Assembly (NCBI GenBank): GCA_039545335.1
Contig: BCIN01000005.1
Coordinates: forward strand, 896,641 to 960,640
DNA length: 64,000 nt
Origin: Kondoa subrosea
Taxonomy: Eukaryota
Reading direction: 5' to 3'
A program made the translations under genes and the position numbers. Of this stretch, positions 39,967-56,000 are shown piece by piece. Numbering within the stretch: position 1 is the first letter of the stretch; every line of letters begins with the position of its first letter. The notes under the pieces are model-generated. The model searched no databases. It worked only from the letters and a program-made list of their open reading frames with translations, and was not told the origin of the DNA.

Positions 39967-42900
39967 ATGCCTCCCACCGATATCAGACCTGGTAATGCTG
40001 GATACGTACCGCCTGCTTCAGAAGCGCAGCAAGTGCCGCTCAAGACCGTGGTCTTGGAAGGAATGGGTGAAGGTGAAGATGGACTTTCGTCGAGCCAGAC
40101 GGCGCAAGCAACTGCTCTTATAAATGCTGGAATAGACGATTTGTGCAAATTGGATGGTCTGTACAACCTGCCTTCTATCTGTTACTGAGCTGATTAAGGC
40201 TCAGACTTAAATCGTGAGTTGATGCACCAGAACGAGCCTCTGGATCCGGAGCCAGATCAGTCCATGCAACGCGAGTCTAATGGTCGCCCGGCATCCGAAT
40301 TACGCGACTCCAGCTACATGGAGATAGACGAGAGCTTAGCTGCTGTCACACCTGAACAGGCTGGTAGGTACATTGGTCCTTCAAGCACATGTTGGCTCAT
40401 ATTCTGCGGTAGGTAATCATAGGAAAGCATCGCCGGCGCGCATATCAATTGCAAAGTCAAATCAAGACCTTCATTCGCTTCCAGCTGTCTCGGCTTCTGC
40501 TCAGCAACCTCAAGTAACGGAACAGTCCTCGATACATGATACTATAGCACCGAATAATTTCTTAAAGCCATCCTCACCTGCTACAGATCCCCCTCCAGTC
40601 GTTTCTAATCTCATTTCTACCTTTGCTGAACCAGTGACTCAAGCACAACCTAGTCTACGAGTATCTGGCCGGACGCGGAAATCTGCTCCACGATTCGATG
40701 AAGAATCATATGAACAAGAAAAGGTCGAAAGACTACCCAAGAAGCGAAAGAGTGCCTCGCGTTCTAACCAAAAAGAAGAAGAAGAGGTTGATATTGGACA
40801 GGATCACGTTGAAGATACGCCTTCTGTTGTAAACTTTGAGGTCGAAATCCCCCAAGTACCCTTGATGCATAAAGCGCTCAAGAACAGTGCAGGGCGCAAG
40901 AAGAAATCTTCTGTTGTCTCCGAACCTGTCATTGCACCTGAACCTACTTCAGTAATGGCAGAAACATCCGTCGTTATCAATCCTCCAGCTCAAACAGAAT
41001 CCGCTCCACCTTCTTCTAGTACCGAATCGAGAAGGAAGAGCGCAAGAAATAGCTCTGCTAGAGCGGCATCTTTCGCAGAGCCTGAAAGTATGAAATCAGA
41101 CGAGGAAGACAAAATATCTACCAACAACTTACCCGGTGAAGCAAAAAAAGGCAGAGGCAAGAAACAAGTTATACCAGCAGACGATTTGGACGCAAGTGAT
41201 TCTACTCAAGAAGTGCCGGTCAAGAGAAGGCCGGGTAGACCACCTAAGAAGCAAGCTGAAAAGATGACAGAACAAGTAGAGGTAGAATCTGTTGAAGAGG
41301 AAGAAACTATCCCGATCCAGCAGAAGCAGAGGAATAAGAAGCAAAAGGCATCTCTCACTCAGGAAGCAACTTCTGATGGAGTGTCTGTTGAAATTGACAA
41401 TTATTCAAGTCGAGCCAGAGGTTCCTCGAAGAAGAAAGCGGGTCCAGCTAATGGATCGGGTCCAATATCAGAAGACGAACCTAGCAACTCATCTGTTCCT
41501 GAGAAAGCTCTTCGAGTTCGTCAAGCTGCAGTGGAAGAGCCTTTGCCTTCTTCTTCTCAATCAACCAACCGACCAAAACGGGCTACCGCTGTCAAGAAAT
41601 CCATGCAGGACGTTGCCACAGCTTCGGAAGACGAGGAAGAAGAAGTACCAATATCAGTAAAGCCAAAGAAAGCCAAAGCTGCAGCCACAAACGGAACTAA
41701 GGGCAGCAAGAAACGCAAGGCTGATTCTGCCAGCGAGAGTGAGACAACAAAATTGAAATCTAAACGAGCGAAAGCATCTCCTCCATCTGATAGTGACAGA
41801 GATGATTCTATGAATGCATCGCCTGATAGTGCAGAATTCAAAGCTATTCCGAAGAAAGGCAAGGCTCAAGCTAAACCTCCGTCGAAAGCTTCCGCAAAAG
41901 CAAAGGCGCCGGCAAAGCGCAGGGGCAAAGCAAAAGCTTCAACTCCTCCTTCTCAACCGGCTGCATCGCCAAAGAAGGAGCTGAAACCTGATCTTTGGCG
42001 TCTGCAAGCATTCGACGAAGGCTTGGTTTTTGTCTTCATTGCTAGTCCAGCTGCTTCCGAAGATCAGCAATCTAGTCAAACTTCAGACGGACCAGCTACT
42101 AGTCAGGTTCCAGCTAGTCAGACCTCTAGTCAAGAAATGCGTGATCCTGATGTCGAAGGTTTCTGGTGGTGTGCTCAAATTATTCCGGACGAGCATAGCA
42201 GTACTGTCCGAGAGCCCATCAAAGTTCGCTTAATTATGGATGGGCTGAACGATGAAATAACGGATCATACGTACGTTGCCCTCTATCTTGTTATGCTATG
42301 TCATTGAGAAAAGAATCGCAGAGATGAGGAGATAATAATCAAAAAAGCCTCGTCTACAAATATTAGGACTTTTCGATCAGCAGCAGTTGGTGGTGTCCGA
42401 TTTGGCCGCGACAGATCGTCATATCTCGTCTTCCCAAAACTCGAAATCTCTCTCGATGGTGTCGTTGCGGATCCTGATATGGTCGAACCTTCAGCACCTT
42501 CTGCTGCCGCTTTCGCATCGGCGTATGATACTGCTTTGCGGAAGGAAAGTGAAGCGGATGATGGTCTGGTGGACGCAGAATCGGCTGCAACTCTTCATTA
42601 TGCGCAACGGCACTCGCCTGTCAGGCCCAAAAAGCGCAGAGTTCAGCAGGATGAAAACGAATCTACTGGAGCTTTGCGAGTCAGTGCTCGACCCAATGAG
42701 AATCTGGAGCTGGAGGAAGTGGATGATCAGTCAGTGTTTCGAAACCTGATCAACTTCAGTTCCTCATTGGTCATTACAGGATATCACCGCCTGAAGGCGT
42801 CCTCTGCAAAAGTTCCTACGGCTTATACTTTCCTGCCGAGGTTAGACGAGCTGTACCTCCAGCTCCTCTTGATCCCACTTCTACCGAGAAGCGCGACAAG

Positions 42901-43743
42901 CGCTCTCTCAGGGTCAAATATCACATTATTTGGCCCTGGAATCCAGACAAGCCAACTTATGTGTATCGAGATCGATTCTTTGCCGCCTTTGATGACGGTT
43001 TTCACAAATGCAAGGTTCGTCCGCGTTTGACTGTCTTTGCACTTGCTCAATCTTTTCGTAACAGTTGGGCAAATTGCACACCCAGTATAGTTACACAGTT
43101 GAACAGGTGCTGTCCGATCTCAAAGAACATGTATCGACATTGCAAGAAGTTCTTTTGGGTACTTACCCTCCTGCTTACGAGCGTTTACACAAGCCTTTCT
43201 TTGCTGAGAATGCCACAAACAAGACTAGGGACTTTCTGGCCAGAGAAGTTTCGGCTTCCGGGGAATTCTCAGAGGATCAGAAAGTAGCGGTAGTCACTTT
43301 CTTACAAGACTGGTATAACCAGACTCTGTCAGACAATGATGTTGTAAGCATAATAGCTGCTTTGGGTTCGACTAGCGCTAATTGAAAGCTCATAGCCCAA
43401 GCGAGAAGGCCTACTGCCGGAATTAGCAGAACTGAACGATGGACAGGTCAAGCAATACATTGACGCTGTACTCACACCAATCGCCTTTGAACTTCTCACA
43501 CTCGACGATCTCGATAAATTATGGACGCTCGCCAATGAGAAGCATCCAGATGATGATGATGCAGCGTTAATGACTGCTCATTTGCTTGCGTCTGCGAATC
43601 TGAAACAGACTGGTTTTGTGGCTCAAGTGATGGCTATGCGGGCATCGTACCAAGCAGCTCAAGAAGGTCCAAAGAAGAAGAAGACGGCTCTGACTTTGGA
43701 AGCGGCAAAGAGGACCATTATAGATCTACCCAAGTCGGGATGA
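39967..43743 (+). CDS. Large Lys/Ser-rich nuclear protein with an AT-hook and PWWP/Tudor-like segments
   Basis: RRPGRPPK AT-hook, many NLS-like clusters, and aromatic motifs FWWCAQI and YYW...YHIIWPW. Confidence 0.6.
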
Positions 43744-44014
43744 TGTCTGCTGTTTCTAATATAAGCCGTTTAATTCATTATGTGAATTCGAATTGTACAC
43801 GCGCTTCTGTCTACAATCATTCTCGACAGATCTCAGATCTCTCTTCTCCTTTGCGATATTGCTCGCAACAACCCTTAATTTGTACAATAAGCTAATGCCA
43901 TAGTCTGACTCTTCCATCCTCTCTTGATTCCCTGCCCTCAGCTTACGCTACTCTCTTTTCTTCTACAAGACACCTTTCACCTGAGAATCTCGTAATGTCT
44001 CTTCACTCTGGGAG

Positions 44015-45196
44015 TCACAGATTCTTGTCAAACATGTTTGGAATATGAGAATCGTCCAAAGAAACTTCATAATGTTCACCACCAGTCATAGCTTGTAAAA
44101 CAGCTTGAGGAGAATTGGGATCCCCAGTTGAAAGGGAATGTAAATCCAAAGTTGTACTTCCTCCACCATTCAAATGAGTAGAAGAAGAAGGAGATTGACC
44201 TAATTGATCTAAAGAATTCGTGTGGTTGTTGTTGTTCGTCATCGTAATAGTAGTAGTAGAAGAAGAAGTATCGTATTGACCATTAGTCATTGCACCTGAT
44301 CCAGGTGGTGGTAAATTGCCTTGACCGTTTAGAGATAATAAAACTTGGTTGAGTAAATCTTCCATTGATGCAACTCGGGATTCGATTTTGGTTTGCCAAG
44401 CTCCATCTTCCGAGCTAGCATATTGTGTATTAGTTCTGTAGGAAGTTGGTCAGGGTTAAAGAGGCTTGAAGACTTACTTTAATACGGTAGCATCTGCTCG
44501 ACGATCAAATACGCATTCCACTTGAGCTTTTTCACATCGTCGACATGATCCTTTGTCTGCTCCTTCACACCGCATCTGTATTTCAAGAATGTTAAGAAAG
44601 AGATACTACTTCAGCTGCAGTGAAAGATGCACCTTCATTTTACGACATCTTACTGTTAAAACATCAGCTAGAGGAAAGTAAAGCAAAGGAATTCTAGACG
44701 CACAACAAGCTTGACTCGTTCTAGGAGCAGACTTGTTCTTTCTTTTCGGTCTAGAAGAAGCAGAAGATTCACTTGGACCAGCTTGAGAAGGTAATTGAGT
44801 TGGTTCGAGTAAGACAGGTAAATTTGTGGAACCACCAGCATGATGAGTAGAAGAAGAAGCAGAAGTTCCAGGTATTGAGCCATTCAAGAGATGATGAGTA
44901 GTGGAAGAAGAGGATTGATCATACTCTTCGTTTGAAGGTGCACCGAAATCATGCAGCGCTGAATCGTCCAAAGGTAAATCTTCAACTTCGTTAGAGAGAG
45001 AAGGGTCGATTTGATGTTCTGTTGCTATCAGAGCTTGCAAGGAAGGCATGACAATGTCCTGCTGCTGCTGATGCTGTAATGGGCCATTGGTGTTTGTATC
45101 TATATCTATTTGATACTCTTGTTGTTGCTGGCTGCTTGCTGTAGTCGAGTGTTGCTGCTGCTGTTGTGAGGCTGCAGCTCGTGTTCTTCTCATCAT
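44015..45196 (-). CDS. Zn(II)2Cys6 transcription factor
   Basis: Spliced RTSQACLRCRKMKMRCEGADKGSCRRCEKAQVECVF. Confidence 0.9.
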
Positions 45197-45381
45197 AACA
45201 ACCCGGGCGGTCAGGCAAGATCCGATTGATGTGGTCTCTCCTCCTTCCTCTTCCTGTTTCATTCTCATCAGCGACCGAGACTCAAAGTGAAGGTCACTCT
45301 CAAACCTACAAAGCGAAGGACGGATCAAGTCAACGGTTGAAGGAAAAGCGTTGAAAAATCCAGAAGAGTGTTATTCACAGA

Positions 45382-45878
45382 ATGGCAGCTTTACAACTTA
45401 GAGTAGCAGCTACTACTACTTGGGCTTCTACTACTTTCCTCATTCCACCTTTGTCTTCACTTTTGCCCGAATGGTTACTTCGAGCTGTGCCCAAAAAGAA
45501 GGTCTCTCATTGTGGGTCAAGCCATTCTCATATGCTGTCTATCAGCTGATGGGATATGGTGCATTCCACAGCCCGCAAATCCATGCGATCAGCCAATAAA
45601 GGTTTACATGAGAAAACCAGTCAGCTCATTACACTCTAATTACTTACATCTGGATCTAACAAGTGATTCTAAAAGATATCTCTACTTGCGCTTCATGCGG
45701 TCTAGCAAAACGAGCTCATCATTTCTGTCCAAACTGTTATTCCCAAATCACTCGTCGTTGGAAATCCGATGCCAAACCACGTCCTCCTCCTCCTCCTGCT
45801 CCTGAAGGAATACCGCAACAAGAACAAAAGGAAGAAGCATCTAGTATGTGGAATGTGATTTTCCCAAAGAAGAAGTAG
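45382..45878 (+). CDS. MRPL32: Mitochondrial ribosomal protein bL32m
   Basis: LRAVPKKKVSHSRKSMRSANKGL and a CASCG..HHFCPNC zinc ribbon. Confidence 0.92.
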
Positions 45879-45952
45879 TTTTTATCAAAAGGAAACTTGA
45901 AGAGGCATAAGTAGTTAGAGAAGGAGGGTGAAGCATCTTCTCTCGAGGCTAT

Positions 45953-47727
45953 TCAAAGAGGTAGAGCGAGTTCTACCATACCTATCAAATGGTCCGAAGC
46001 GGAAACACCTTTCCTCGGTTGACCAGGTTCAAGATCTGAAGCTTGAGGAAAAGAGAGAAGAGCGGTTATCTCGATTCCTTCTTCTTCTTTAGATGCTGCA
46101 GATGGAGGGAAGATGAAGATGTAGTCAAGAGTACATCGCCTAGATATCAATGGTCAATTCAGTCGGGAATAACATCTTGGGAAAGCAGGAACGAACCAGA
46201 GTGGTGTAAAATTAGAGTATCTTGGTTCTGTTCGAGTGTACTAAGAAGTGTAACAAGATATTGGGGAATGCAAAGGCGACTCACCATTATCTCCTGGTCT
46301 CCTTATATCGGGCAAAGAAGCAGTCTCACGTTCCATTCCTTTGAGTACTTCCATTCTTCTTTCTTTGAACAGCTCAACTCCTTCTATTTCCCCGTATCGC
46401 TCTTCATACACACTTCTGGCTTTCCCAATCTCTCTAAATAGATCAAGTGTCTCTTCGAAAGTCATCATTCCATCTTCTTCCGTAGGGTTTCGGAATGAGG
46501 TAATAACTTTATCAGGATCTTCACCTTCACCTTCTTCCTCTTCCTCTTCGTCATCTCCTTCTGGTGCGTCTTGTTCTTGAGTAGAAGATATAGCTGTTTT
46601 CAGTGCATCGAGGGATTTATGTATCGTCCTTGATGCTTCCCAATCTTGTTTCATATATTGCTGAGCCAGATCAGAAGGATCAAATTGACCTCCTGTACTC
46701 AAGAGATGATAACCAAGTTCAGTAGGTTGCATCTAAAGTCCAAAAACGCAATGAACCAAGATTTCTCGCCAATGTGGGAAGAAGGCAAAACTCACATTAT
46801 AATCTCCAGCTAAGATGATAGGCCAATCATCTAGTTTCTGCTCTTTCCTCCAACGTATTACTGATCGAATCCATAATCCAACTTGTCTGACCCTTTCATA
46901 GACTTGTCTAGGATGCCAAAACAGATGCGTTGTTCCAACAATACATCCTTTTTCTCCTTTCCTACTCTTTAAAGCGACACATAATCCTATATTCCTCGTT
47001 ATCCGACTTAAACCTTTCCTACCTTGAGTACAAAGTTCTTCATCCAGTTTAATCAGTTGTGAAGAATGTAGAGTGAACCGAGACTTTTTCCATAAGATTA
47101 ACAATCCATGTTTCTTTGCTGAATATCCTTTAGCATAAAAGGAATCATAGACGTTCGGTGCGATCTTTTCTAGATAATGTTGATGTTCCGTTTCGTGACC
47201 TTCCCATCGATCGACTAACAGAAAACAACATAAACGCTCAGCCAAATTGAACTAGAGAGTAGGAGTCTTATGAGGAGAGATACCTTCTTGTAAGCAATGC
47301 ACATCCGCATCTCTTGCGTGAACCTGCCAGAACAATTCATTCCGATCTTTGAACTTTAGGCAATCAGAACCCGGGAAGAGAGTCCTTCTTATGAGTCCTG
47401 AAGATGCAATAAGGATCTAGTGTACGGAAAGAGGTCAAGAAAAGGCAGGAAACCTTGAGCTAGGATATTCCATGTTAAGACTTTGAGACGAGGTAAAGAA
47501 GAAGATGAAGCAAAGTGACGCAGATTTCTTCCAGGAAGATAAGGAATAGAAGAAAATGCGTATCAGATGACATACCGCTCTATATAAGGCTGAGAGCTCG
47601 TGAGAGGTTTGACAGGCTGGGCTGCTTTCTTCAGTTGCCTTTCCGCTCGAAGTCTAGCTATTTCTTCATCGCTAGGTTTGCCTTTGCTAGTAGTCTGAGC
47701 ATCATTCTTCTTGCTTGAAGCTGTCAT
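45953..47727 (-). CDS. EEP-family nuclease/phosphatase (Ngl2/Angel-like)
   Basis: VLTWNILAQ, CLQEVD, THLFWHP, LAGDYN, TLDYIF and SDH. Confidence 0.88.
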
Positions 47728-47877
47728 CAAGGCTGTTTGACCGCAGAAAATAAATCCCGCTTTTGTTGAAGCAGCCATCTAATTGGTATCCTCTTGGTGT
47801 CTGATAGCTGTCAAGTGCTGTCTAGTCTGTCTATGACTGTCTATTGCGCGTAACAAGAGCGTGTTCATACTCTGAAA

Positions 47878-49546
47878 ATGGCTCCCAGAGGTGCTAGCCC
47901 TTCTCTAGCTTTACTTGGATTATCCATCGTCTTGCTTTGGCTGTACTTTCGTAATCCAGCTATCAAGTCCGTTGTCCTTTTGCAAACTGTGCTAGCTCTG
48001 ACATTATGACTTGTTTGTCAGGTTTGGGCGAGAAGATGATTCGTCGGTTGCTGAAACTCTATTGGCCAAACTTCAAGACGGACTCGTCTGCAACCCTTAT
48101 GATGAACCAGGTCATTTCATTTGGTCAGAAAAAGATTCTAGAACAGCATTATGGCAACCTTTCACTTCTTGTCCAGCTGCGCCCGATTACTTCTCTTTAA
48201 TCAAAACAGCTTTCGACGATTCAATTCCTTCAGATCCAGTTCAACAAAAAGGTGGTCATGCAGATTCATCACATCCTTCTTCAAAAACTTACGCTCTAAC
48301 GCAAACCAATTTCTTGCGAAACAAGACTTTACTGTTATTAGGAGACAGCGTGGATCGGAACGCACTCTTTCATTTGAGTAACCTTATGGGAGCTGGATTA
48401 TGGCCTTCGGATTACCATAATGCTAGTTTGGTTGGTGTTGCGGAAGGTTGGGATGCGAGAGGTGTACCGCATGTGTTGGATCAATGGCAGTTGCAATTCA
48501 GGGCTTATAATGGATTCTTTTATGGGATGGTCAGCTCTCATTCGGTTCGTTATTGGGAGAGTAAATGCCTGATCGGGTTTTGAAAATGTACAGGATGATG
48601 TGGATGAATTCAAATGGCAAGTAGATTGGAGAGCACCAGGGAAAGCGGAGAAGAGAATCGAGGAACTCTTTGCTCCTTTCATGGCCGGTACTGGTACACC
48701 ACCAGATCTTATCATGATACATGCTGGCAGTAAGCTTTCGCCCTTATCTTCACTCTTGAACTCTTTCCTTAGATATGTATCAGTGTGGGATCTTGCTCTA
48801 TGGGGAAGACAAGATACCAAAGCCAGCCTAAAGACGAGCGATCCTTTATCGCCTGAACGATTACTCTGGTGGACTTCAAGAATGAAATCCGTCATCAGAC
48901 TCGCGCAACAGAAATGGCCTCATACACCTATTTGGCTCAGAGCGAGTCATAGAGTAGGAATATTACCCGCTCTTTCAAGTGGTAAGTCCTAAATCAACAA
49001 AAGCTAGATTTTAGTTGCTGATTTCTCAAAACAGGAGACTATACTGTTGGAGTGGAAGATGATCCGCACAAAGTGCAGAACTTCTTCACTGATTTGTACG
49101 CTGCGCCCATGCTTCTTTGCGCATATGTAGAGAGCTAAAGGCTATGTACAGACGAACGCATCAATTACGGAATTTGCAAAAAGCTGTTGCGGCAGAAATG
49201 TGTATACCGCTGGTCTGTCTTTCCCAGGCAATTCAAAGAGGTTAGACTGATTCGATCTTGTGCAGTTCGATTTCGGGAATATATGGGAGGGTTGGCAAGA
49301 ACATCGTACGTGGTACAAACTATCTGGCTCATAGCTATTACTAATGTTTTTCTTCTCATACAGAGGACAAGGTCAATATTGATCTTCATCACGAAGATTC
49401 TGTATTGACATGTTGTACAGGTTCACCCAGATGCGCTGCCAGGAGGTTTGGCTTATGGATTACCGGTTCTTCATGCTATGTACATGGAGTCTATCGGTCG
49501 AAGCAGATGGCTGCACAAGCCTTGCTCGATAGACTATCAACCGTAA
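47878..49546 (+). CDS. SGNH-like membrane-anchored protein resembling the Cryptococcus CAP64/CAS3 family
   Basis: Signal anchor, LLLLGDSVDRN, PDLIMIHAG..WDL and C-terminal DKVHP (GDS...DxxH arrangement). Confidence 0.65.
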
Positions 49547-50061
49547 TGCAGTGTTTGGGTTTTAGAGGGCCTGAGTGCTTGTCTCGCTTTGAGTTTCCTT
49601 TCCTTTCTTCTCTATCTCCTTTCTCTATTGCCGTTTCCTCTTTCCTGATTGATATTTTCAACTGAAGATATGGGTCAAGGCGTTAAGGGAGCACGGACTT
49701 TCGAGTAGGGTCGAAGCAAGAGCGGAAGAGTCCAATGCATTTGGCTGCGATGCATTCGCTGATTGAGTGACCTGCTATACTGACCTCTAGACATGAGCTT
49801 CCCCTCGTCATGAATCATCACAACTTCCGCTCCTTGCCTTATCCGGTTCGAGACACTCGCCACCCAGAACCGACCCATGGTTTCGCGTTTTTTGAGTTTC
49901 GCATCTGACATTCCACTTCAGCTCAGGTTTGCCTTTGCCAACAGTAGCACCCACTCTTAGACATCACACTTTCCTTTCTGTCAGTCTCTCTAAGCATCAG
50001 CGGCTCCTTGAGTTTCGCTCATCGATGTTTCCAGCTTTCTTACACTTCAACAGCTCAAATC

Positions 50062-52235
<2,174 letters not shown>

Positions 52236-52605
52236 GTTCCTCCTTCTGTGTCCCTTTCATTTCGTCTCGGGACGAAGAGAGTTTTCGGTTTTTGCATTGG
52301 TTATCTAGATTTCATTGGGCAGAGACGGTGTTATAGAGTTTCCCTGCAATCATATCATTCATGCATTGCTACATCAATGATGTGCGTTGAGCTTGGCCTA
52401 ACTATAGGTCTTCCGATTGGTTGAGTTACTGTAGACTTCGAATTTGGAACACTTCGTAGCTAAGGCGGCTCCGTCTGTCCTGATGCGAGCGAATGTTCAG
52501 TGAAGCAGCTGAGGTGTTACCCTGCGACTGTTCAATGTGTAATTCAGATCGCTGCTTTGTGATCTGCCGTTATAAGGCGTACTGTCGGAACAGCCGACGA
52601 TTGTT

Positions 52606-54725
52606 TCATGCGACATCCTCCCACTCTCCCTCGCCATCCTTCTCCTCATCTTGCCCATTTAGTACCGAAAGACCAACTTTGACCGCAATTAAATCCTCAT
52701 CTTCTTCAGCTTGAGGCAAGTTTGGTGTACTAGTTCCAGCTTTGCTGTTCGCAACTGGCCTGTTCATAGTTTTCGCTCCTGATGCAGACAGTAATCTGAG
52801 ACTCTCGCTGCCGAGACCAGATTTAGGCGGTAGCAATTCAATAATACCTGCTTTTGCAGCAGCCTGCAAGATGATCTCTCATCAGCGCTACAGAATGACT
52901 CAACTTGGGTCAGACATACCTGAGTATATGCCTTAAAGTTGTCGTAGCCATACTGCTTGATTGCTCTTCTGATTTCTTTCTTTTCACCAATAGTACTCCT
53001 TAGGGGAGTTTTGTTGTTTCGAGAGGCAACCTTGATAGCTTCTATCAAAGATTGAAACTGTTCTTCTTTATTCTGTTGTTTCTTATTTCCTTTACTTTGA
53101 TATTCCGGTTTATACAGAATTTCTTCTTCTTCCTCTTCCCCTCTACTATCTTCTTTAGTAAGCACCACGCCTGGTATTTTCCCGGCCCAACGTCTGACCA
53201 GTTCAGCTCTCTGTTCTTCATTAATTGGATCATGAGAAAAGTTGCATCCCGTTGCACCGAATTTGCAACCACTCAACCCACCATACCCAGTTCCGAGATG
53301 ATGATTCGCGCAAGGAACGGTCTTGTATTTCGCTGCTGCCCATTTTGGTTTATGAGGTGATGATGAAGTAGGTGCGACATTACTAGTAGAAGTAGTATTA
53401 TTGACGGGTTTCTCTTTTTCTTTCACTTTGATAGGAGAAGCGAAAGGTCCGTTGGATGGTACTATCAGACTTGCAGGACCTGTTGGTATAGGGGCAGCAA
53501 CAGGTTGTTCTACTGATGTGCCTGATGTACTAGGAGCTGGTGTGGAAGTAATTGAAGGTGAAGCAAAAGGACCAAACGCGCCAGCGCGATGAGAGGTTCC
53601 GCTTAATGGTATACCTCGATTATCCACGAAAAGATCGGGGAAAGAAGTGGTGATTAGATTGAGTGCTTTGATCTCGCTTGGTACATTTGGATGAGCTGAG
53701 CAAGTAACATAAGTATACGTCGTAAGGGAATCTTGACCTCAGCTTACTTTGCAACAAGTGAACTTTGGAAGATAAGCCTTTATTCATTAATGCCGACAGC
53801 GCATGAGAGTAACCACTGTAGGATGGGATGATGTAGCTCAACCTTCGTGAGAGGATGACAACATCAAGACCTACGCATCATGAGCACTGAATATCACCAA
53901 TTTGGTTTGAGGCAAAGAGGCATAAAGCTTGAGATTTTCGCGGATCTTCGAGTCTGCACTTTCTTTACCTGATGGAAGACAATGGTTAGCCTCGAACCCA
54001 TGATAGATCTTGCCATTTACCCATTCCGCTGTCAATAATCGACCAAAGCGGAGTTGATCTGTGAACATGGAGGCCTCTATATCAGACTAAGCTGAACATC
54101 CGAAAGCCATTGCTCACTGGTTGAAGCCTGTATCGAGCATCAGTCGAGAGTATAGTCCAACGGCTATTTCACTAACCAGTAACGAAAGATCCAAACTGTT
54201 TATAATCCGCCCACTTCTCCTTCTCGTAGTAAAAACTTAATCCAGCTTTATTCATATAAATCTGAACGATGATCTCCGGTTGTTGCATACCACTAGGTAA
54301 TTGAGTAGCGACATAAGATTGTAAATGTTGCATCAGAAGCGTAGCGGCTTCTCTTCCACCATCTTTGCCTTTGGATAAGAAGGAAGGTTTGAAGTGACTG
54401 CCATCTCCGTCTAGTAGAACATAGACTAATGATTGAGCATTGTAAGCATCGAGTAGTCGTTTCTGTTCATCTACTTCGGTCTGTCAGATAAGAATCAGAA
54501 CCGTTAGCTACTTGAATACAGCTAAGATACCAGATACTACTGACCTGTAATCGCTGATTCAGTTCGGCAGTAACTTTCGATTCCTCGAGCTATGATGATA
54601 CGAGAAGAAGATGAGAAGATGAATCGAAAGACACGAGAAACGCAGCACACTCGCTTGCTTAGATTGAAGTTTTCTTGAACTAGAGCTAAAGAAGCTTGCA
54701 AGTAATTATCACGAATAGACGACAT
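52606..54725 (-). CDS. NYN/PIN-like domain plus CCCH zinc-finger protein
   Basis: VLLDGDG, GKESADSKIRE and HD-GY acidic motifs; KYKTVPC..C..C.FSH finger. Confidence 0.7.
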
Positions 54726-54971
54726 CCGTCTGCTATGCGATGATGCGATGCTGCCAGGAATCACAGAATCGCAGATGAAGTCAGGAAATCGAATGCTCTG
54801 GAATAAGAAAAGCGATCAAAAGAGGGGTATCTAGATGCAGTACTGGGCCATGAATAAGGTCTAGTTCGGTGTCAAAGCTGGAGAAAGGCAGAGACATCCG
54901 CGGGATGTCTACCGTTTCTGCACGGCAAAGTTCAAAAATTCCTTGATCTGCCTCCAGCACTCACTACAAAA

Positions 54972-55614
54972 ATGGTCAGCTCAAGCAGAAGGAAGTCAAG
55001 GCAGAGCCACTTTGCTGCTCCATCATCTGAGAAGAGGGTCATCATGTCTGCACCTTTGTCGAAAGAATTGAAGGAACAGCATAGCGTACGTGCATATCCT
55101 GGCAGTGTCAGACTGTAGCTGATTCTTCAGGTTATTCGCGAACAGTGCCGCAGCATCCCTATCAGGTAGCTTTTCCAGGCCAGACCTATACAACTTAGAA
55201 TGGATTACTGAGATTTCAATGCAAATTGGCAGGAAAGATGATGAAGTCTTAGTTGTTCGAGGTCATCAAAAGGGAAAAGAAGGCCGTGTCATTTCAGTTT
55301 ACCGCAAGCGATATGTTATCCACATTGAACGTCTTCACCGTGAAAAGGTTTCTGGTCAAACTGTTCAAATTGGTATCAGTCCTTCAAACGTTGTTATCAC
55401 CAAGCTCAAGTTGGACAAGGACCGGTGAGCTGAAATGTGCACATGGGAAGGTCAAAGAGCTGAAGGATTTGTCTCATGATGTAGCAAAAACATTCTAGCT
55501 CGCAAGGGAAAGAAGTCTACCTCTACTTCAGCTGGAGATGTTGAGATGTCATCGGTGAGTGCGAGATGATGATATGTTGAAATACAACTAACCTCTCCAT
55601 CTTACTCACAGTAA
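54972..55614 (+). CDS. RPL26: 60S ribosomal protein L26 (uL24)
   Basis: [28 protein letters not shown] and [10 protein letters not shown]. Confidence 0.97.
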
Positions 55615-56000
55615 TCGGATCATTAGGGCGATTTACGAGCATTGTACCAGGCTTTTCCTATTGAAGCACCTTATTCTCGACCAGATCGTATTTATAGTCC
55701 TCTGACCATTCGTGAATCTACGGACCCTGGATCCACACATCTTCTCGATGTACTCGAAGCGGAAGTTTACTTTCCTTCTGCGCAATGCGAGGTTTCTTCT
55801 TCTGTATGAGGTCCTTGGTTAAAAGGCTTCATTGTCATCAGTCACAGGCAGCCTTCCCTGCTGGCCGAGCTTGGCAAAATCGCAGACTATCGTCTTCTAA
55901 TTCTCTGCAGCGGGACTGAGTAGTCAACTCGCAAACGACAGGCCGACATAGTTCAGAAAGCGAGATGACTGTGCGGGGACGGAAGATACAGGTCATCCAT

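Noticed and set aside
55555..55611. C/D snoRNA in the RPL26 intron (ATGATGA)
   Set aside because: No D box (CTGA) and the intron is too short.
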